DNA of 64,000 nucleotides from Lingula anatina (lineage: Eukaryota > Animalia > Brachiopoda), in contig CM120645.1 of the NCBI GenBank assembly GCA_051362555.1, forward strand, positions 20,150,001 to 20,214,000, written 5' to 3'. This document shows positions 37,014-51,996 of the stretch, piece after piece. Within the stretch, counting starts at the first letter, position 1. The number at the start of each line of letters is the position of its first letter. The position numbers and the translations under genes are program-made. Below the pieces are notes generated by a model. That model was not told the origin of the DNA. It did not search any database and saw only the letters and a program-made list of their open reading frames with translations.

Positions 37014-39825
37014 TAAGACTCTGCACCACCCTAGTGTTTATCAGTCTGTGGATTCGTCGCAAGTCGCGATGCAGATCGGTTTTTTGTCCAGAGTAACCTT
37101 TGCCTGTACAGACATTCGCGATAAGACCATTTGGACTATTTTCAAGAACCAATATCTGATTAATTAGACTTCATCTCGTGGTCATTGCGAACCAATGTTT
37201 CTGATTTCGTGTGTATCAAAAGAATAATGGGGTTTCTGAGAAAATAGTGGCATTGCAATATTTCAGAAAATTTTCATTCCTAAGCAAATTTGTATTTTGC
37301 GTGCTGGACACAATAAAGTTTACGAGTTGGTCTTTGGGAGCAAATTACAAAATCAAAGAAGCATGAAACAACATGGTCAAATTATGAACGAAGAAATGAA
37401 TGGATGAACGAGTGAATCACAAAATGAAGATGTGAAATGGAGAGTGCAAGATAATGAAGAAACGGTGTTGAAACGTGGAGATAAAGGAAAGAGCTAGAGG
37501 AAAGGGAATATAAATTGGTAGGAAAGACAGACAGTCAGACCGACAGACAAACAGACAGATCACCTGCCATACAAATAGGCTAGAATACAGGAAGTCTTTT
37601 AAGAAAATTATCTAGAGCTATAAGATGTGGCAATCTTCAATAATTCCAAATAAAATCTATTTGAAACGGAAAAAACGAATGTGACGAACACTGGGGATTT
37701 TAATCATATATGATACATGCCAGTTGATGGAAACCAATGCCAACCTAATGCTTCATAACTGATGTTATGTCCGCAATTAAACACTAATTCACAGACAGGA
37801 ACTTAAAAATCACTCGGGATTGAGTCATTATCTCGTACATGTTTAAAGTCTTAGATTACATGATGATTGATACAGGGATTTGTGGTTTTTTCTAAAAGAC
37901 CGACCATAATCATGTAATCTTTTACCTAGGGAAGATGTTGAATTTACATTACCGGTATAATTTTTCTAAATAGTCTGGTCACTCGCGCATAAAACAAACA
38001 AATCTAATTGACTGAAAATGTCTCTTGCCCTTTTTTGCCCTTTGCCTTTTTGAAGACAAAGAAGACAGATATAAGTTAAAAGTAAAAGGGAAATTGAAAA
38101 TGCCTGGGGATGTGGCCAAAATTACCGTAGAATTAACAGTTAGTCTTCGGTCAGTTTTAAAAAGGTGATTCGTGTATCAATAAACAACCACTTCATTTGT
38201 TTTCAGAATTTCTCTGTACCATTTACTTTGTATCAGGTCAATAGGGCATTGTTTATCAGTTGTCTTAAATAAACACTCTCTTTTAATGCCATCCTCCAAA
38301 GTACTGTCCACGTTTGGAAAGGACACAGTGGCAGAAAAAGAAATGGACAGATGACATTGTTAAGTAGGCCTGTGTTAGTAGGCTACGTGGTGTAAGTAGG
38401 TCAAAATCTAAATCGGGGCTTCACTGTCCAAATCAATGGGAAGCAGTACGTGTAACGAAACTGAGGGTCCGTGTAACGGAAAGTTTGCCCTCCATTTAGT
38501 TTTAATGATTATGGTTGACCTAAGTGAGTCAAAACCTGTACAAATGAATGAGGGACTCTCTGTCACGTTACACCGGGTCCTATACAGCAGTTTACTCTCT
38601 TGTATAGGATACAAGGGGGGGTAGTTTAACTTTTGCCGTGATCCAATTCTTCACACATGACCAACAAAGGTATGGAGACAGCTGGTGTAACGTTCGATAC
38701 AACAGCGTCTCTATTAACCTGGATGGTTGAGGAACTAATAGATAGGCATATATACAACAATGGTCAAAAAGGTTGTCCCACCTCCAGTATCATGTGCTTT
38801 TTATTTATAAATGATCACATCACAGGTGAAAATTGTTATAAATAGTGATTTTCATTCCAGATACCATATAACTTACTTGATTAGTGAAACAGAAAAGTGA
38901 TTCTTCACTAGTGGTGAAGATATCAATATTCTATACCATTTATTCACATTTATTACATGTACCCCGGACGTTTCACTCCAATTTTCACCGAGAAATGCCC
39001 ATTAAATTGACTTGAACGACCGTCGTACCAAGTTAATCAAGTGTAAACGAAACGGACAACATTTATTGAATCGCTTCCGTGACGAAGGAACCATTCACTT
39101 GTAGGGTAATCACTGGAGAAATGTAATCTCTTTATTTCTTTGAATTGTGATATTGTATTATTAAATCTGTGCAATTTTTATTTTCATCCGTTTTAAAACC
39201 TCTACAGATATCTCTTAAAATAATATCTGACTGCAGTACGTCCCTTAACTTAAACTTGATTGTTCAATTCGTCCTAACTTTTTTATCCACAGGGTGATCC
39301 ACAGAAAACAACCTATTTGGTTTTCCCTCTAAATAAGTTTCTAATGATATTGCTACATCATTTTCAGGTGATATAGAGTATAGGCCCAGAAGAAGCCCAG
39401 ACAATATTTTTCTGATACTAATTTGCAGGTTTTGCTCCGCACGACTATCCAGAGCGTCAAATATAATGAGACCCTTCGCTCTGTAAGGCTGTAAAAGACA
39501 TATCCAAACTTCTCAGTGCAGCAAAACCACATGTGAGACTGGAGATCCACTCTTTCGTCCGACAGAAAGAGATCGGGGTCAAAAATCATATTTCACATTT
39601 TTGCGTAGGGATATTATCTGCGTATCTACTCAGATTTGGAGACCCTAGGTTAATGGTGTTCCTTGCAGTGGAAAAGCACCTGGGAATGTAGATATTTTAT
39701 ATTCAGAATGTGCTGAAAAGGAATGAGTGCATTAAGTTGGTAGAATAGTTGTAACAGCATAAGATGAAAAAAAATCCTTTAGGCTGCCTAAATATCAAAG
39801 AAAGAACCCCCCGGACCCCCCGCAT

Positions 39826-40121
39826 GAAAATGCAGTAGTATCGAAGTAGCAAAGAAGCATTAACGCAGTAGTGGTGTGGAGCATATTTGCAGTAGAAATG
39901 CAGTAAAGCCTACTGCAATTCTACTTCAAAAATTACATATGGTTGTACAGAAGAGGAGCATTAATGCAGTAGATTAGCAGCATGATAGAAGCATGTTTCA
40001 AATATGCTAATTAGCTCCCCAATCGAAGCAGATTTGAAGCATGTTTGCAGTATGATTGCAGTAGTCTACTGCGCTGGAGTATCTACTTCGTTTTCTCTCC
40101 GCAACCACTGCTGCAAAGTAA
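39826..40121. repeat. Motif-rich repeat (GCAGTAG / GAAGCA units), probably a degenerate non-autonomous DNA element
   Basis: Many direct and inverted GCAGTAG and GAAGCA copies; a similarly built TTGCAGCAA-rich block lies at about 44995-45220. Confidence 0.4.
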
Positions 40122-41780
40122 TCTTTGACATGGTCTAACCTGTGATATTTTTATCATTACTGTAGTTGGTCTCTAATAATATTACTGGCGGTGATAAAAA
40201 GATGTTGATTCCATCATTTAGTTCTAGAAAATAAGACACCTCTCTCTTGATTCCATCGTCTCCGCCTCTAAAACTGTACCGGGTACTAGCTTTTAAATCT
40301 TTGCGAGCCCTGACAGATTTAATGATTTTAAATGTTGTACCGAGGGACAATAATGTAGCATATCAGGCATAATGAGCGTTGTTCTAAGATATTACATGGT
40401 GTGCACATATCTGGTTTTATCTGGAGAATATAATGTAATCTTTATTGATATCCGACATTTTTATTTTCCGCCATAGATATTCACTACGATTTGATCTTGT
40501 GTTCGGTTTAAAAGAAAAGACATTGTTTTGTTAAAGTCAGTTTAGGGAAGAAGAAAGATAACCACTGCACGCTAACCAATGTTATCAGTATCATCACAGC
40601 ATAAAACACTGAGGGTTTTTGTGTGACGACTGGACTAATAAGCCACGAAAATGAAATTCTGGCATTTAATTAAAATGGTTTTGAATGATGGAACGCAGGA
40701 ATAGCTATTCCAAAGTCACTGGTCTTGTTTCTGGGTCCACCATTCTTTTAAATAGGTAGCAGTTGTATTTTCCTATTCCTATCGATCGTTTTAGAGCATT
40801 AGCTCTATAATTGTTTCGCTGTGAACAGAAACGACCGTTGGGTCTCTAATTTTATCGTAAGTCTTTTGTTTAAGCTGAATCCAAAATCCATTTAAAATTA
40901 GAAGTTAATGCGCTCGTTGAATAACACAACATTAATATTATTTGATGTTTACGGAAATGAATTTTCATCGAAAATGTAAGTTTGTGATATTTCAATTCAC
41001 TTTGGTGAATAAAGCAGTGGCATTACAAAGTGGTGTGGTTAATAAACGAGAGCGACCCAATAGAAACAGAAAAGCCACGTGGTTACATGTAGTTTTAATG
41101 ATCGCATCAATTGTTTTATAATCTTCACATTGAAACACACGTGGTATGTTATCGTCGAAGTGGTCGGTTTTGTGCGACTTCATTGATGCGTTATAAAAAC
41201 AAACCAGTCGCGCATTATGGCTATTGATTTGGTTTTAAGAAATCTACGCGTGTCGTATTGTCCATTAAAGTTAAGTGACAGTGGCGACAAAGTTGGCGTA
41301 TGAACAACGCACAATGGAACAGCGTCTTAACGTTATTGGCCTTATTTCAAGCTACTCGTTTGTCACTCTAGTAGAACAAGAGCCATGTTTTCATATTTTC
41401 CACGTTGGGGGCGGTGTGACTGCCTGTCATTGCCTTGATTGAGCGGCGGTATAGGTCAATATAAGAACAGCCATCTAGATTCTTTGATCGTTTTGAGCAA
41501 TCAGACTGCAACCCTGCGCGTTTCTGTCGAAATTCACCGCAAATCCAATCACGGCTCATCAAATAATAATACTTCAGAGGCATCTATGGATGATGTGTAA
41601 AACCTCAAGGACAAATCAGGTACGTTCAATGTAAGAATTGTGTAATTACATTAGAAGTTAACGTTTTTTTTGGTCAATTTAGAAATAACCGTGTTTCTAA
41701 CGTGATGCATTTACGTAAGTTAACGTCTTCTGTTTTGTATTACTGGTCATCTAGACATTTATTTGGGCAGACTCCGTGGG

Positions 41781-42012
41781 CAGGCCTTATAAACGGATTA
41801 GGCGTTTACTAACACTACCCACAGATCTGTTAGCACTAACGCCCACATTAACCACATAACCCATGAATTAACCACCAACTCGATTCCTAGCCCTAACATT
41901 CATCCGCTCTGGTAGTGGTGGTCAATTCGTGGGTTATGTTGTTAATATGGGTGTTAGTGCTAAAAGATTTGCGTGTACTGTTAGTAAATGCCCAATCCGT
42001 TTAAAAGTCCTG
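41781..42012. mobile_element. Palindromic MITE
   Basis: About 100-bp inverted arms, CAGGCCTTATAAACGGATT / AATCCGTTTAAAAGTCCTG; flanks GTGGG/ATGGG. Confidence 0.75.
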
Positions 42013-44173
42013 ATGGGACTGGGTTAGCAGTTATCAGATCAACCTAGAAAGCTCTGTTAAGTGTACGAGTCACAGACGACTCTTAGAGGTAGTTCAGTGG
42101 CAAGAAAGGAAAGGAAATTCGAAACAGAGAGAGAGAGAGAGAATAATGAAGTGTTTAAAACAAACAAGTCTTTACAATACATCTAGAATTTTGAATCCTT
42201 TTTTTCTATGACAACGATCTGTAATAGAAGTGCAATATTTATAATTCTCTCGTCAAAGTAAATGTGCGCTGAGTACATCTTAATCCGTATCCATTCATCA
42301 AAAATGATTAAAGTGACAGTGAATAAGATATAATCAGCCTAGAACTCAATTTGTACGAATGATATCGAGCAAAAGACCAACAGCACCGCGGAAACGACAT
42401 ACACCCTAACTCGGCGAGATGAGGCAGTTTGATGTAAACAAATCTTAATTAAACGTATCATACTTTATATGAATTAACCGAATTTATATGGCATAAACAA
42501 GTCTAAAGTGATCACAAGGGAATAGAACCATCCCCGGCCTCTTCATGCCAATGATGGTGACGAGCATTTAATCGAATTTCAATGGACCCGTTCATCCGTG
42601 CCCATATCAATGAAGTGTAATGGACATTCGTATAAATAATAATTACAATGGTTCTTAATGGCCATTCTTAAGATGGCTAATTTTAATCTGTTTCTGTAAT
42701 CTGGTCTCCGCATTCAAGACGTGCACAATGCGCAAAGGCATCTAATTCTACTGCATGCCAAGAATAAAACAGAAGTTTTTCTCCAGTCAGCAATAGAACA
42801 GTAACTTGTGAAGCTGTAGGTTAAAATAATCACTGCTTTATTCTTAGTGTGTAACAAAGCTGATGAAATTCCTATCTGATGTTTTGTTCTGCTATTCTTG
42901 GATAAAATTAACGACTACCTATTGTCAATTTAAATAGAAATAATGTGACTTTATAATTTTTCTGCGTCTATGAATAAGCTTGAGGTTCGGGCCCAATAGA
43001 ACTTGAGGCATAAACGAACTTGGATTTCTAAAGTTTAAATTTACAGTTCCAATGTGGGTCTTGTCTCTCTTTTCAGATGAGGGCCGAGGTAAGATCAGTT
43101 ATTTTCATTTCAGAAATTGGGTGTTGGTGAAAATATTTTCCCTTCACGATATTTAGATGGTACAATCAACAAAAATATGCACAGAAAATTCAATTTACAT
43201 GACATGATGGATCAGTGACATTTTAGTCTTAACGAGGTACAAGTAATAACATGATAGGTACGAACCTTCCTTATGTGAGATATTTTTACGTCTGTGTTCT
43301 GTGCAATGTCGGTAATTGTTTGGCAGCCTGAACGCATGGAGAGTATTAAACCACGTTTGGTTCCAATAAAGAGAACAGGTGCTCTGTCAGGCAGAGAATG
43401 CCGTGGTAACAGTTACATGAGCATCTTTATTTAATACGATGAATACAGGCACACGTGAAGACATGCATTAACAATCTTATGTCAAATTAGATCATTGTAT
43501 CCAGGCTATCGGGCAGCAAAAATATGTATAAATAAATAAAAGTACGTACTGAGTTCCCAAGTAAATCGCCTTTTCGCCAGTATAACACAACATCAAGAGG
43601 ACAAGGTTTGTGGACTATGGTGGTAAGTCGGTGAACAAGTTCACACAAAGTACAACAATGTACGGCAATATTCAATAAAAAGGGTGCGTAGTTTCAGACT
43701 GATTACAAAATCGACGAATATTAGGCGTGTATATCTAGAACTACATGTACTATAAACCATTACTTTATTCCAAGGAGTAAACTTTAGCTGTGGTAGAGTT
43801 TATACTTGTTTTAGAAAATGAGTCACCACTGCATGTTAGATTTGTCTACAAATAGAATAGTAAAAAAAAAGGGAGATGATGAATTCAATTACATTTTGCT
43901 GTGAGCATTTTCACTCAACATTTTGCTCACGGAAGTGGCACGATAGTTTGTCTCGAACAAAGAGTATTCATACAATTAAATGATATTGATCTGTATCCCC
44001 TATGAGTAACGAACCATTGATTTGTACAAAAGCCACCCAATTCCAACAAATCTGTAGTTTTGCAAATTTCAAATACACAACACGAGTATGTATTGCTTGT
44101 TTCATTAAAAGAAAGGTTGTATCATTGATTTATATATTTGAATTCTAAACGATTCTCGTCTGACATACATAGT

Positions 44174-44249
<76 letters not shown>

Positions 44250-44982
44250 CTTGCCAACATGTTTGTTAGGAGGGGATGCATGGTGACATGCGTTTACTTC
44301 ATCAACAAAATCAAAAATTAGTACAGAAATCTCCTCCAATATTAAATAAGATCCTAATTAAATCCCAGCATGCATATATTCAGGGTAATCTTGAAAATAT
44401 CAGATTTCACACGCGATTGAGCTCTTATTGAAAGATGAAATTTTGTCTTGTATGCCGATTATAAAAATAATGCATATACAGTCATGTTAATTTATTGGAA
44501 ATGTGCTTTTGTTGGCGGTTATTAGATATCACCAGATGTCTTGGAACAGTGACCAAAATTAAAGTGTCAGGGAAGTTTGTTTTGTACATTTAAGAACATA
44601 CCTGTATGTTATATCTTTATTAACATTCTTCAAAGAGAGTGTTAATGTGGCAGGGATAGGACTAAGTAGTCTGTTTGTTACACGGCTGTTTGTTGTTTCT
44701 TACTTAGTTTAAGCTTAGAACTTTGGTTGTTGGCTTCTGTCTGTGGTACATGGCAATAAATACATTTCAATCGGAACATAAGGATATTGCCTACCAAGGC
44801 TTATCATAAAAGAGAGAATTACATGATGTAGACTGGAACATGATGTGTCTTCTTGGTTCTTGCCAACATGTTTGTTAGGAGGGGATGCATGATGACATGC
44901 GTGTTCTTCATCAACAAATCCAAAATGAGTACAAAAATCACCTCCAATAGTAAATAAGATCCTAATTAAATCTTAGCATGCA
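44250..44982. repeat. Diverged direct repeat pair of about 125 bp
   Basis: 44250-44374 and 44859-44982 both read CTTGCCAACATGTTTGTTAGGAGGGGATGCAT...AGCATGCA. Confidence 0.8.
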
Positions 44983-47900
44983 GGTCGAAATGAAAAGTTT
45001 GCTGCAAAATTAAGAGATTGCAAGACTGTTTGCTGGTTGTGGTAAGTAAAAAATTGTTGCTTCAAATTTGCAAGAGCATCCAAAGTTTGCAGCAAGTTTG
45101 TGAGAAGTCTTAACTTGCATCCTTTCAAATTAAAACAGTGCCTTATTTGCATTATAAAATTCCTTTTTTGCAAATTTGCAGCAAAATTGCAGTTTGCAAG
45201 AAGCCTAAAATTTTGCTAGGCTACATGGCTACATGCAGGTAATTTCGATAAAGTAACTCATTTTTGGAACTTAACGTTGGCGAAGTGTTACAAGGTTGAT
45301 TAATAGCAATAGCCTATTTGAAATATAATCCTTCTATAATGGATATACCTTAATGGGAAGGACGGGTTTTGGTCTAATGGCCTTTCGAGAGAAGGGCGAA
45401 CATAATAAAGCCCTACGGTTAAATGACTAAAAAGTATCCTGACACAAAAGTTGAACACGGTTTAGGTGTCAACCCTACGATTGAATAACCGCGCTTGTGA
45501 CATCTAGGGTTGATTTATGGAACAGAAGAGTATTATATGATACACGTCAACGCAGTAACTTCAAGGCAAAATACATGTTCGTTCTAACTTCACAGCGTGG
45601 GTTGTTGGCAATTTGAAATCGCTTTAGATTTTAAGAAGCGTGATCTTTCGAAAGGTTTTCAACACTATTCATTAACTCTCGACAGTCATGAACACTGACA
45701 CCATGCAGTGCTGTCGGATGTAGTCTCTTCATTCTAAATTTCAAATAAGTAAATTCTGTCTTGTGTCAAGACCATGAAAAAACAATTCATACCCATATAA
45801 TACCGCACTTGTCGCTAGCGTTACAATTGAAAGCAAATTGTTCATAATTTCTGGCTTTAAATTGTCACGTTAACTGCCACATATTTTGAACGGGGACTAC
45901 GAAATTAAACGCGGCTTGATTAGGTTACAAAACAAGCAGCATTACAATGCAAAGGTCACTGAATTAGGTATGGTCAGTTTCTCTGTACCAATGAGGCTAT
46001 TGTAAGGTGTCCCCAAGTGTCACCGTGGTAACTAGGCTAAACTATATTATTTGTCCATTTATTTTCTATTTGGATTTTACTTCTTATTTTTTTCTTTGGT
46101 AGGCCATATAATGCCGAAAACAACAAAATTCTATTGGACTTTCCTTTACATTCCGTTAGTCAAACTTGACAAATGAACAGATATATAGAAAATGATTAGG
46201 GCAATTAAATTAAAGCATGTGCACGTATGTATACACATCTGAAGTCTGTTTTTCGAATATTTGCAAGTGTGTGGAATGTCATTTTTTTTGCAAGAAGTGA
46301 AATCGATTGAAATTACATTTATTTCTTTTATCCACGTATAAATATGATGGAAGATGTAACGTAATCAGATTTGTATTCTCATCCTCCAAAAGTACGAAGA
46401 GTTCATTTGGTGCTAAGCCAATGCACGCGAAAACAAATGACCAATCATTTCACAGTGCTGTTTCCGCAAATTGCTCATGGAGGCATACGCTATCAAAATG
46501 TCATTCACGTGATCGATCACTAATCGAACCCAGCTTAAATGAGGGTATTAATTAAGAGGAATGCGCAAGCACTTAAAGAGAGGACTTCTAGATCGATGTT
46601 TTCAATTAAACCTCGCAGTTCCAGCTAGAACGCCAGGATTACCCTTGGTGAATCAAGACTTGGTGTAGGAGTATATGGAATCGTTGGTGCGCGCAGAAGT
46701 AGCTTAAGGCAGGCAATGGCTTTTCAGGGCCTCCTTTGAACCTCCACTTAAAGCGGTGGATTGGACTACAATGTCATGCTATACAGTTAGAGTCTGAAAT
46801 TAGGTTTATAACATGGTTTGTTAATTGGATGTAAAAATCAAAGCATCTCCATGGAAGGCGGAATTCCCATGCGTATGCTCTCCGTTTAGACACGACGGTA
46901 TATTAAACCTTAACAATCTCGTCTGGGGTTTCCAAGCATTGCATAAGCGTCGTACTAGCAGGAGTGGTTTGGGAGAGAAAATCGGTTCCCTGCTTCCAAA
47001 TATATAATGCTAGTATATGGTCTAAATGTCTGTCAGTACTCGTTCCCCAAAAAGACCTTTTAAATACAAGTAGTGTGTGTTTCACAAGAAAGATTTACAA
47101 TATATGAAGTTGATAGCATGCTCTTTATCTAAAACGTTTCCTTGTAGCTTTGGGACAATTGAGGAACGATCACTGGCTGAGTGTTTCTACATAAAACAGT
47201 AAATATTGGGTTTTCCGTCGTAATACATATCAAATGCAAAAGTCATTTAGCATGTTACCACGAGGTATTCAGTCTTCAGAGTATTGGAATTATACATATA
47301 TATGCTGGCAAGCCGCGTCAGATCCCTGCAAAGGTGACAAAGTTCAAGCAGAAGATGACAATTTAATGAAATTATTCAAAAGACAAACTATGGCATACAG
47401 ATCGATGCGTTTCTTCTTGTCGCATATGTGACATTTGAAGAAAGTGGTGATATATATTTCTGCTGCTGTTTAGGTTCATGACCATTGCTGCCATTTGATC
47501 GTCGTCGTTACTGATTGTAATCACTTTGTCGGATATTTCTGTTTGTAATGAATTCAAGAAAAGTCGCAAATGAGGATATCCAAGACCCAATAAATTGGAG
47601 GTGTGGTAAGTGTTTAAATGAAAGACTGGATTAGTAAAAAGACCACAGAAAAAATTGTTAGAATTTTATTATACCGCAGTCGAAACTCTGAGCAAGGAAG
47701 ATTGACAATATGAGATGCCAGTCGGAATTTCAGCTAGGTAAGGTGCCAATTAGAACCTCGCCAAGATTCCCGGTTGTCTAATTGAAAGTTAACAAAGATG
47801 AACTGTTTATTGGATATCAGAGCCCCGACACCCAATAAATTACTTTGGTGAATGAAAAAGGGTTGTTCATCTCCCCATGAAACTAAGTTTATCTCCAATG

Positions 47901-50467
47901 CAGCTATTTTAACGTACTTGCACGAAGTTTCACTTTTGTATCATTTTATTACTGATGCACGTCAGACTTGCCTGTACCTTCTGTGAGGGCACGTCATATA
48001 ATGGACGGTACTAACGATTCCGTGAACAACCGAGATCGGCAGTGCTCATTCACAGTTTCACCATAGACTTTCACAAATAATGTTGGTCTTTAATTTGACA
48101 GCACGGCAGACCACGACATACCTAAACAGTCTTAGTTAGATATAAATATCTTAATATGTTAAAACAAGGTTTTATAGATAAAAAATTATAAAAATAAGTT
48201 TTGGATCTCGAAAAGTTGATAATTGCGGTCATACTACGTTGTAGCACATGGTGCTGCTTTATAGGCCTTAAATTTTCGAAGAATCCAAATGTGATTTTAT
48301 GCACATGATAATAAAGACATAGATGAAAAGTAAATAGAATAAACTGACATAAACTGAGTAATATCTGTCAGGCAGGTTTGCGGCCCCTCATGTTTTAGCC
48401 GCAGAGTTCCGTATAGCTGGGTGTTCTGCATGCTTTGGTAGATCTTATACCAGAGTACATACATGAATTTACGAATGATTTCACGAAGTGCAAAAAGATC
48501 AATGCATGCCAAAGGGTCTACGGGATAAATATCTCAGTTTTTTTTGTCAGTAAAGGTGGCATAAAAAATAAATGAGAGGCAGAGTTGGAACATCTCCAAA
48601 ACGAACAATTTATCATTGGTTTTCTAGCCTCCGTTGGTCATATAGCATAAAAAAACGGCCTTATGAATGCAGTGCGTCCAGATTAACCAAATTAACATGC
48701 ATGTAGGCTCAGACTGTTTTTACTTTCATCACAAGCAGCTCTGTATATTGCAGTGTTTTACGTTTACATTGGGCATTGGGATTGAATATGAAATATCACT
48801 AGTATGTTGTAATCTTTTGAAGTAGTCCTATGGGAGATAATTTATGTTTTTTTATCAAAACAGAAAAAGCATGTTTTAATTTGAAAAATGGCACCGCTGT
48901 GTTTTAAGTGTGTCATATCACTCACAATCACATTTTGCTAAAACGCACGTTTCTTTTGAGTGCGATGTTTAAAATTTTTTCTTCTTTTACAGATGCGCTG
49001 CTGGTTCACTGCTTTAATAACGCTCTGCCGTAGCATACGATAGATGTAATTGCTGAGGATGCCAAGATAAGCTGCAAGGAAGAATAAAAGAGGTATACAG
49101 TAAGCATCACCTAATAGCACCTCATGATATACTTGTTTATCTTTGTATTTACGTTTAATTTCAAGTTAAAACAGTCAGATATACCTATCATGTAATGTGA
49201 TATTGAATGCTACAGCATTGTGTAAAGTTTTAAATTGTAACGTATACGCATAACTCCGAAAGATTTTATGATATAATGTTATAAGTTTAAGCCGAAGGAC
49301 CGCGACCCAGCTTTTGTGGAATTTGCAAATGACGGCACATAAAACGCTGAAACTAACACATTGCCACGTGCACATGTGTTCCTCATCAAGACTGCAAGGT
49401 GATCGATGCTTTTTGGCGTCTCTTAGAGTCGCAATTGGGGTCATTTACACATAGAGGTGTAGATTGAACACAAGACCAAAATAAGGATATTGACGGGTAG
49501 ATAATGCGCGTCCCATAGGTGACATTGGGGTACTGAGTTCACGCTTTAAAACATACACCAGAGATCATCTAGTAATCTAGGTATAGCGACGGCACTGTGT
49601 TGCTGAATACATCTTGCTCTAAACAGAATGTTATCGGCTATTATTCAATTAGATTATGTCTGGGTTATTCATTGCGCAATGGGGAGAAAATCTTTGAAAT
49701 AGTTAAAATCATAAAGCAACAATATAAAGTTTTAATTTAAAAGTGTATTTTGAAACCAATAGTTTTGGCAGGAAGTTTTTCCACATTGTACTGTAGTGCC
49801 ATTCCTTTAGAAATAAAAAAGAACCGAATTGTGATGACAAGGGAACACAGGTACATGTATATGAATTTATCCAAGATGAAGATATACAAAAGTGACAACG
49901 GTCATGCATATACCCCAACATCCAGTTTTGAATTTATTTTTCAACGCACAGCCAAAACTGTACACAATTGATCTTAACTCATAACGAGGTAATTGAATGG
50001 GAAAGTCATGATTCACACCCAACTGAGTGTTTCTTCAGTATTGCCTGATTACTTTCCCCCTAACTTTTCGATCAGCTGATTGTATACAAAGGGACTACAC
50101 TGACCATCGAAAATATCTTTACTGGCTTCGTGAGATCCCATCTTAGCTGCATTGAATCTCAATAGTAACCGTAGTGTAACTATAATTACAACTACCTCTG
50201 TAGGTTGGCGTTAAGCAATGAGCGCTGTAATGAGTTCTATGGAGATTGCCCTGAGGGAGGGTTACCCGCCCAACGAGACACCAAAACACGCAATTCGATT
50301 TTAGTGCAGTTAATACAGCCTCGACTCGACTGCATTTGACCGAGAAACTGGCTACAAGGCATTTGGTTTGTCAGAAGGCAAAATGTACAGACGCTGTGGT
50401 AATCAGAGTTTCAATTAAATATTTCAGGTTATTTCCCGGCGCAGCCGTGTCAAGTTTCGCTATTCCA

Positions 50468-51923
50468 ATGATTTCAAATATGGCACCATTGGTATCTGAG
50501 GGGACCATCAGACAATGTGTCGAAACTGTGGTTTTATTAATGACAGCGTTCGAAATCTCGTCTGCCAGGGATTTTGAAGAAATTCTCCACTTTAAGCAAA
50601 AGAGTGTCGAGCTTTTTCGAAATTCTTCATCGGAATCAACACAGCCCTTGGACCACTACGAGTCGCAGGCGGCTCGGATTCAGGGCGAGATTATATTCGG
50701 GGGTCTTTTCCCCGTTCACCAGAAGGGCGCTGCAGGGCTGGATCACTGCGGCGAAATTATGCCGGATCGGGGGATACAGCGACTGGAGGCCATGCTTTTT
50801 GCCATTGACGAAATCAACCGGAATGGGACGATTTTGCCCGGAATCACGATCGGAGCCACCATTTTCGACACGTGCTCCACTGATACCCATGCGTTGGAGC
50901 AGTCCCTGGAATACGTGCGTGGTTCCCTGTCGAGAATGGAAGTCGATGATTTTTGGTGTGAGGACAACTCTACAGCCGTTCCCAAATCTCCCCCGGCTCC
51001 TGTCGCTGGGGTCATTGGCGGGTCGTACAGTAGCGTCTCCATACAGGTAGCCAACCTTCTCCGGTTATTCAAAATCCCGCAGATCAGCTACGCTTCCACT
51101 AGCGCTGCGCTTAGCGACAAGGTGCGTTTTGACTTCTTCGCTCGAACCGTGCCACCAGACAAGCTTCAGGCTAAAGCCTTAGTGGACATTGTCACCCTGT
51201 TCAACTGGACGTACATTTCGGCCGTCGGGTCGGACGGGGACTACGGACAATCGGGGATAGATTCATTCCTCGCCGAGGCGAGAACCAGGAACATCTGCAT
51301 AGCAACGACCGAGAAAATCCCGGCATCTGCAACGGATAAGATTTTTGATGATAAACTGGATAATTTACTAGAAAAGACAGAGGCAAAGGCCGTCATACTG
51401 TTCCTTCGCGGAGAAGATGCGCGTGGGCTGCTGAGCGCCGCCACGAGGAAAAACGTCACGCGCCTCGTGTGGATCGCGAGCGACGGATGGGGTACCCAGG
51501 TTTCTCCCGTGCAAAACAACGGGATCTCTGCCCAGGGTGCATTGACCATAGAACTCCAGTCGAACCTAATACCAGAGTTCGACGAGTATTTTCTCAGTCT
51601 CGACCCCATGAACAACACCCGTAACCCATGGTTCAAGCAATACTGGGAGATGGCGCATGGGTGTGTGTTTAAAGACGACCCCAGCACTGGTTACACTTTC
51701 GGAAAGAAAGAGTGCACCGGGTATGAGGTTTCCGGTAAAGCGCACGTCCAAGAGACCAAGGTCCCCTTCGTGTACGACGCTGTTTACTCCCTGGCCCGAG
51801 CCCTGGGGAGCATGATGAAAGATGAGTGTGGGGTGAACCACACGGGAGGCATGTGCGCGGCCATGAAGGAGATTGACGGACATAAGCTTTTTCAAGACTA
51901 TATCTTAAAGGTGGAATTTTTAG
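50468..51923 (+). CDS. GRM3: Group II metabotropic glutamate receptor (GRM2/3-like), Venus-flytrap exon
   Basis: RGIQRLEAM, GGSYSSVSIQVANLLRLFKIPQISYASTSA, FARTVPPD, WIASDGWG, RNPWF, QETKV motifs. ATG at 50468 or 50480 after an acceptor at 50427; donor G|GTACGT. The exact start is uncertain, and the symbol marks the group II clade, not 1:1 orthology. Confidence 0.95.
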
Positions 51924-51938
51924 GTACGTAATATCCCC

Positions 51939-51996
<58 letters not shown>

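Noticed and set aside
50336-50467. ORF-track N-terminal extension of the mGluR from TTG
   Set aside because: It runs through the splice acceptor at 50427; the non-ATG start is an ORF-caller artefact.
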